Source: Spirochaetia bacterium (GTDB lineage Bacteria; Spirochaetota; Spirochaetia; UBA9216). Taken from it: 64,000 bases of DNA. The DNA is taken from assembly GCA_965140585.1 (NCBI GenBank), contig OZ223267.1, forward strand, positions 256,001 through 320,000, in the 5' to 3' direction. Position numbers and translations under genes: made by a program. Below the pieces are notes generated by a model, which was given only the letters and a program-made list of their open reading frames with translations, ran no database searches and had not been told where the DNA came from. Below are positions 59,150-64,000 of this stretch, piece by piece. The number at the start of each line of letters is the position of its first letter. Within the stretch, counting starts at the first letter, position 1.

Positions 59150-61009
59150 TTATTCAAGCTCCAGCAGTATTTCCATTCCCTGTGTGAGTTCAGTTCCCGG
59201 TTCAGGAGTCTGTTTAACTACCCAGCCTTCCCCCGAGAGCTTAAGGCTGAATCGTTTGTCGTTAAGAAGTGGAAGCAGCTGTCTTTTAGTCATTCCGGTA
59301 AAATCGGGAATCGTTTCTTCGACTGTAACTGTTTTGTATTTTGGCACGGATATGTGCCCTGTATGCTCAAGTACGATATCGGTTGTTTTGGGAATACCGA
59401 GATAGGGTACTGTTTCATCAATCATTTTCTTTGCCACCGGAGCAGCAATAGTACCGCCGTAATATGACACACCCTTTGGATTCTGTATGACAACATAAAT
59501 AATCAGTCTGGGATCATCAGTCGGGAAAATAGCCAGACAGGATGCTATATAGTTTTCATCTGAATATGAACCTGTTTTCGGGTCAATGACCTGGCTTGTT
59601 CCTGTCTTTGCAGAAATTCTCAAGCCTTCCGTACGCAGTCGGTGAGCTGTTCCGCCGTCTTCGGTGGCAGTTTCCATCATCAGCAGCATTCCGCGAGCTG
59701 TCTCAGGACTGAATACTCTTCGGACAGGTTCACGTTCAACCTCGTCAATAACCTTTCCGTCGGGTGATAGTATTCGGTCAACAATATGCGGCCGCAGCAG
59801 AACTCCGTCATTTGCAAATACCGTTGCCGCTGAGGCTACCTGTACTGCTGAAACAAGAATTTCCTGTCCGAATGCAATTGTCGGCTTTGATCTGGCCGAC
59901 CACTTTTCAGGGGTTCTTATGAGTCCGGAAGATTCCCCGGGCAGAGGCAGTTGTGTCTGGCCTCCGAATCCTAGGGCAGTCAGCATCTGGTAGAAATCGT
60001 TATTGCTGACTGTATCCGAGGCATAGGCTGCGCCTGCGTTGCAGGAGTATTTTATTATTCCGGCAGGTGTAAGCGATCCATGGGTTCCCAGGCAGCGTAT
60101 GGGTTCAGGAATGGCGTCGTTTTCGTATGTGCCGTCACAGTAGAAGTGTGAGGAAGGGCTTATGCCTCTTAGTTCCATGAATGATGAGATACTGAAAATC
60201 TTCATAATTGAACCCGGCTCATAAGCGGATGAAACTGTCCTGTTCCGTCTCTCGGCTTCAGAAAAATCCCCGAATGTATTGGGATCAAAGTCAGGCATAG
60301 TCGCAGAAGCCAGAATATCACCGTTTCTCGCATCCATTACAACGATCATTACTGCATCGGCTTTATGAACTTCCATTGTTTCAGCAGCGTATTTCTCTGC
60401 GAAGTATTCAATATTTGTATCAACAGTAAGAAAAAGCTGGTTTCCATAGACATCATTCTCATCCCTGAGCTCAGGCTTTGGTGACAGGATATCGTTCATC
60501 GTATATTCAATGCCGTCCAGACCTATATTATCTGTACCTGCATATCCGATTATGTGTGAAGCCAGCCGCTTTTCGGGATAGTTTCTTCCATATTCCTTCC
60601 TGAGATAAACACCTTCAAGTTTGCCTGCTTCCTTGAGCTTGCGGATCTCTTCACTTTCTGTCGGGGTAATTTTTCGTTTTATCCACATACTGTTGTGTCT
60701 GGTGGTAAAACTGACCAGAAGATTATCATAATCGAGGTCGAGTACCGTTGATAGATACTGAGCAGTTTCTTCCGGATTGCTTACATATGGAATCCATGTT
60801 TCAACAGAATCCAGCTGATTCTGAATTGCCAGAATTCTTCCGTTCCGATCAAGAATCGGACCTCTTTCGACGACGGGTTTTGATGTAATTTGGGCGGTAT
60901 CCTGATGATTCAGAACCATCAGTGAAAAGTATTTCAAGACTATTATCAGTAATAATATTGCTGTTACTATGCTGAAAAAAAGAAATCTACGTCCTATTTT
61001 CTTATCCAT
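59150..61009 (-). CDS. ftsI: class B penicillin-binding protein FtsI with PASTA domain
   Basis: RGPILDRNG, EPGSIMK (SxxK), SCN (SxN), KTGT, GWVVKQTPEPG. Confidence 0.9.
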   Translation of the reverse strand: MDKKIGRRFLFFSIVTAILLLIIVLKYFSLMVLNHQDTAQITSKPVVERGPILDRNGRILAIQNQLDSVETWIPYVSNPEETAQYLSTVLDLDYDNLLVSFTTRHNSMWIKRKITPTESEEIRKLKEAGKLEGVYLRKEYGRNYPEKRLASHIIGYAGTDNIGLDGIEYTMNDILSPKPELRDENDVYGNQLFLTVDTNIEYFAEKYAAETMEVHKADAVMIVVMDARNGDILASATMPDFDPNTFGDFSEAERRNRTVSSAYEPGSIMKIFSISSFMELRGISPSSHFYCDGTYENDAIPEPIRCLGTHGSLTPAGIIKYSCNAGAAYASDTVSNNDFYQMLTALGFGGQTQLPLPGESSGLIRTPEKWSARSKPTIAFGQEILVSAVQVASAATVFANDGVLLRPHIVDRILSPDGKVIDEVEREPVRRVFSPETARGMLLMMETATEDGGTAHRLRTEGLRISAKTGTSQVIDPKTGSYSDENYIASCLAIFPTDDPRLIIYVVIQNPKGVSYYGGTIAAPVAKKMIDETVPYLGIPKTTDIVLEHTGHISVPKYKTVTVEETIPDFTGMTKRQLLPLLNDKRFSLKLSGEGWVVKQTPEPGTELTQGMEILLELE

Positions 61010-61358
61010 CAGCAAGTACCCTTGAATGACATACCCTTCCTATTATCAGAGTCTGCGGAATCCTTCCATAGTGTCTTGAGTCTGTAGATTCTGGAAGATT
61101 GATGCCGGTGACGAAGACTTCACTGCCTTTGACCGCCTGACACTTTTTTACTGACATCTTGCCGGAAACAGGATCTGAAAATACGATAATATCGCCTTCC
61201 TTCGGGCTGCCGATAAGATAGGCGGCACGGTTGATTATAATAAAACTCTTATCATGCAGCACCGGTTCCATAGAGCTTCCGGAAACCTTTGCAGGTGAGA
61301 AAAAGAAAGATGATGCAATAAGAAGAATACTGCAAAAAAATAAAAAAAACTTCCACAT
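61002..61358 (-). CDS. minimal S26-family signal peptidase
   Basis: VSGSSMEP.L, GDIIVF..P, VKK, STDSRHYG.I....IIGRV. Confidence 0.85.
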   Translation of the reverse strand: MWKFFLFFCSILLIASSFFFSPAKVSGSSMEPVLHDKSFIIINRAAYLIGSPKEGDIIVFSDPVSGKMSVKKCQAVKGSEVFVTGINLPESTDSRHYGRIPQTLIIGRVCHSRVLADG

Positions 61359-61402
61359 AATTAAGCGATCTTATAGTAATATGTCGTCAGGAAATTGTCG
61401 AT

Positions 61403-62671
61403 ATGAATATTGTAACTATTATGATTGAATTTATTGACAAACAGAAGATTTACAAAAGACATTCATTCAGCGGTTCCCCGGGCCTTCACATGGCTGCGGG
61501 AGGCATTTTCCCCGATAAAAGTGTTGATCGTTTCCGAAAGAAACAGAGCTTCGTCCGGGGGCTTCCTGCAAGAAAGAAGAGGGTTTCACACCATACGCCC
61601 GAAGAATCAAAAAGCAATGAAAAATCCGCTCCTGCTGTCTCCAGACAGTCGGTAATAAAACGCAGAAAGCTTAATTTCTCAGGTTTCGGCCGATTTTTTT
61701 CCTCTTTGAAAGAAAAGATGTCATTTTTGAGTTTTAAGGTATTTCTGATAACAGGTCTATCGCTTTGCATTCTCGGACTTGCTGCATTTTTCACTTACAG
61801 CTGGATTCAGAATTCGCAGATGTACGATAGTCTTGCTCTTCCGCAGGATGTGAATGTCGATGACGTCCTTTATGAAAACCTTACAGTTGGATATGACGGT
61901 CAGGGCTCAGGTGAAATTGCAGGAATTGAACCAGTACTAATGCTTACAGGTGAGCCTGCATCATATGTAGTACAGCCCGGAGATACTCTTTCAGAGATTG
62001 CAAGAGATAATAACATAAAGATAGGAACTCTTATAAGCTATAACCAGATCTCCGATGTTAGAAGGCTTCTGGTCGGTATGGAGCTAAAAATTCCGGAAGC
62101 GGACGGTATTCCATACGAGGTGAAGGCTGGGGATTCGCTTTCCTCAATTGCATCAAAGTATGAACTTTCAGTAAACAGCCTTCTTGATGCAAACGACCTT
62201 CAGTCTGAGGTTATCGCTCCTGGTGATATGCTTTTTATCCCCGGCGCCGTAATGAACGAGTTTGATTACAAGAAGGCCATGGGTACACTGTTTATATATC
62301 CCACCTCAGGCAGGCTTTCATCAGGCTTCGGGTACAGACCCGACCCGTTCACCGGTCAGCGACGTTTCCACAACGGTGTTGACCTTGCAAACGGTATAGG
62401 AACTAGGATCAGTGCTACGATGTCAGGCCGTGTAGCGGCAATAGGTGAACAGGCAAGCGGATACGGCAAATATATCATTATCAAGCATGCTAACGGCTAT
62501 CAGAGTCTTTACGGACATATGGACAAGATTACAGTTCGCAAGGGCCAGTATATCAGTCAGGGTGAGAAAATAGGTGAGATGGGCAATACAGGGCGAAGCA
62601 CCGGACCGCATCTTCACTTTTCAATCTATAAAAACAATATACCGGTGAATCCGCTAACTTATTTATGGTAA
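61403..62671 (+). CDS. membrane-anchored LysM x2 / M23 peptidoglycan endopeptidase
   Basis: YVVQPGDTLSEIA and YEVKAGDSLSSIA LysM domains; FHNGVD, YGHM, STGPHLHF; start may be 61421. Confidence 0.9.
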   Translation: MNIVTIMIEFIDKQKIYKRHSFSGSPGLHMAAGGIFPDKSVDRFRKKQSFVRGLPARKKRVSHHTPEESKSNEKSAPAVSRQSVIKRRKLNFSGFGRFFSSLKEKMSFLSFKVFLITGLSLCILGLAAFFTYSWIQNSQMYDSLALPQDVNVDDVLYENLTVGYDGQGSGEIAGIEPVLMLTGEPASYVVQPGDTLSEIARDNNIKIGTLISYNQISDVRRLLVGMELKIPEADGIPYEVKAGDSLSSIASKYELSVNSLLDANDLQSEVIAPGDMLFIPGAVMNEFDYKKAMGTLFIYPTSGRLSSGFGYRPDPFTGQRRFHNGVDLANGIGTRISATMSGRVAAIGEQASGYGKYIIIKHANGYQSLYGHMDKITVRKGQYISQGEKIGEMGNTGRSTGPHLHFSIYKNNIPVNPLTYLW

Positions 62672-62709
62672 GAGGAACTTACCATAAATAAGTCCTTATT
62701 CTATGGTAA
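62657..62709. repeat. stop-codon-spanning inverted triplication
   Basis: Perfect 16-bp IR 62657-62672/62678-62693, then imperfect direct copy CTTATTCTATGGTAA at 62695-62709. Confidence 0.85.
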
Positions 62710-62736
62710 AAGAAATATTGAAATGTGTTGTCTATG

Positions 62737-62767
62737 GGCTGACTTTTTAAAAGTCAGCCTTTTTTTT
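62737..62767 (+). terminator. intrinsic terminator overlapping the MFS stop codon
   Basis: GGCTGACTTTT/AAAAGTCAGCC inverted repeat followed by T8. Confidence 0.7.
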
Positions 62768-64000
62768 GAGGATCATGACGGGTGCAAGGCAAAGAAGATA
62801 TATCAGTGATGAAGCTCTGTATATTGCAGGTGTCGGAATAAAGCCGTCGGAATTATTAAGGACTGTCGGTATGCCGAAATGGTTTATTAAAAATGAACCT
62901 ATAGCCGGTCCGATTATCATCGGCAGCATAACCAGGAATATAAGTCTTACTCCCTGAAACTGTCCCCGGCTTTCTTCCGGCATTAGATTCCGTGCCCAGG
63001 CTCCAAGCACTATAAGCATTAGAAAACCGAAGTTTTTCAGGATCCCGAAAAGCACCAGCAGCGGGAGACTTTTCACTGAGCCGAAAAAGAACTGACCGGC
63101 AGCGGAAATAATAAATCCGGCAACAAGGACAGGAAGCCCGTATCCCTTATCTGATAGTTTACCTATAGGAATTGCAAAAATTATCAGAACGGGCGCTACA
63201 AGGGCTGTGAGAAGCCCTGTAAGGCTTTTGGAGATGCCGATATAGTTGTTAAGGTAGATTATTTCAAATGGACTGACGACCTGCTGGGCAATTGAGGAAA
63301 TTGCTATTGTTACAAAAACAATATACAGCGCCCTGTTCCTGCTTATGACAGAAGGTCTGAAAACCTTTATGAGCTCAATGATAAAAACGCTACGGTTTTG
63401 CATGTTTGAGGGGGTAAGCCCGGGACTCTCCTTCAGCATTGCCGATCCTGTGATGCCGAGTATTAGGACAAGTGCCCCCAGTACAAGGAAAAAAGGAAAA
63501 TAACCCAGTTTATCTATCAGAAGCCCGGATACTCCTGTTCCCAGAACAACCGCGAATACCGGCAGCATCATCAGTATTCCCTCTGTAAGTCCCCTGTTTT
63601 TTTTATTTGTGATATCGGTAACCCAGGCATTGAAAGCAGCATCGTTGGCAGATGAACCGAAGAAAGTCATTACCGCATCAAGCAGTACAACCAGGAAAAC
63701 TGCTCTCTGTATAGTACCGGCCCATCCGGACATGGGAAATACGGCTGTTGAAAGCGCCCACAGAACATATCCGAAAAATATAAAGGGTTTACGCCGTCCG
63801 ATTCTGTCGCTAATTGTTCCTATAATAAGAGTTGTAAGAGTGGCAACTATTGAGCTGACAGCAACCATGACAGCTATCGGTTCGGGATTCGGTGTGATTG
63901 TATCGAATACAAACGTGTTGAACCAGGAGTTTTCCACATTCCAGGCAATCTGACCTCCCAGACCGAGCATAATAATTACAGCTATATTTCTTCCTGAAAG
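62747..64000 (-). CDS. MFS transporter (5' end outside window)
   Basis: Motif A GTISDRIGRRKP, repeated as GKLSDK; many TM helices; frame open to the window edge. Confidence 0.9.
   Translation of the reverse strand, partial: LSGRNIAVIIMLGLGGQIAWNVENSWFNTFVFDTITPNPEPIAVMVAVSSIVATLTTLIIGTISDRIGRRKPFIFFGYVLWALSTAVFPMSGWAGTIQRAVFLVVLLDAVMTFFGSSANDAAFNAWVTDITNKKNRGLTEGILMMLPVFAVVLGTGVSGLLIDKLGYFPFFLVLGALVLILGITGSAMLKESPGLTPSNMQNRSVFIIELIKVFRPSVISRNRALYIVFVTIAISSIAQQVVSPFEIIYLNNYIGISKSLTGLLTALVAPVLIIFAIPIGKLSDKGYGLPVLVAGFIISAAGQFFFGSVKSLPLLVLFGILKNFGFLMLIVLGAWARNLMPEESRGQFQGVRLIFLVMLPMIIGPAIGSFLINHFGIPTVLNNSDGFIPTPAIYRASSLIYLLCLAPVMILKKKADF

Noticed and set aside
61377-61404. TAAT-N16-GTCGATAT before the LysM-M23 gene as a sigma28 promoter
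   Set aside because: Mismatches in both boxes and non-optimal spacing; too weak to call
1-64000. CRISPR arrays, tRNA/rRNA genes, IS elements, dif site
   Set aside because: No spaced repeat arrays, cloverleaf or rRNA-like stretches, transposase ORFs or dif-like sequence recognised; the window is almost entirely coding with very short intergenic regions

Overview
Core-chromosome window of a motile spirochaete, probably a free-living Spirochaetales member. This is inferred from the collar protein FlbB, FlgE with the spirochaete cross-link residues, and Treponema/Borrelia-like gene order. The left ~10 kb holds housekeeping genes (DegT-family aminotransferase fragment, nadK, recN, cdd, envelope proteins, DUF4912 + GH57). 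From 10.2 to 56.1 kb there is one uninterrupted + strand run: reduced dcw cluster, xerD/dprA/topA/xerC, hslVU, the full flgB-to-fliA flagellar operon and an atypical CheA. The right end has a UroD/MtaA-family methyltransferase, a Maf glycosyltransferase, ftsI, a mini signal peptidase, a LysM-M23 peptidase and a partial MFS transporter. I saw no rRNA, tRNA, CRISPR array, IS or prophage. The most interesting signals are small or non-coding. (1) A consensus sigma28 promoter is followed ~35 nt later by an intrinsic terminator with no gene between, suggesting a ~65-nt flagellar sRNA. (2) Two perfect 16-bp hairpins span stop codons and share an AAG-NN-GAACTT apex and A/A'/A architecture. (3) A MerR/CueR-type 19-bp-spacer promoter precedes an orphan methyltransferase. 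(4) An unannotated 80-aa gene probably starts at CTG. All calls come from reading the sequence by eye; no database searches were run.
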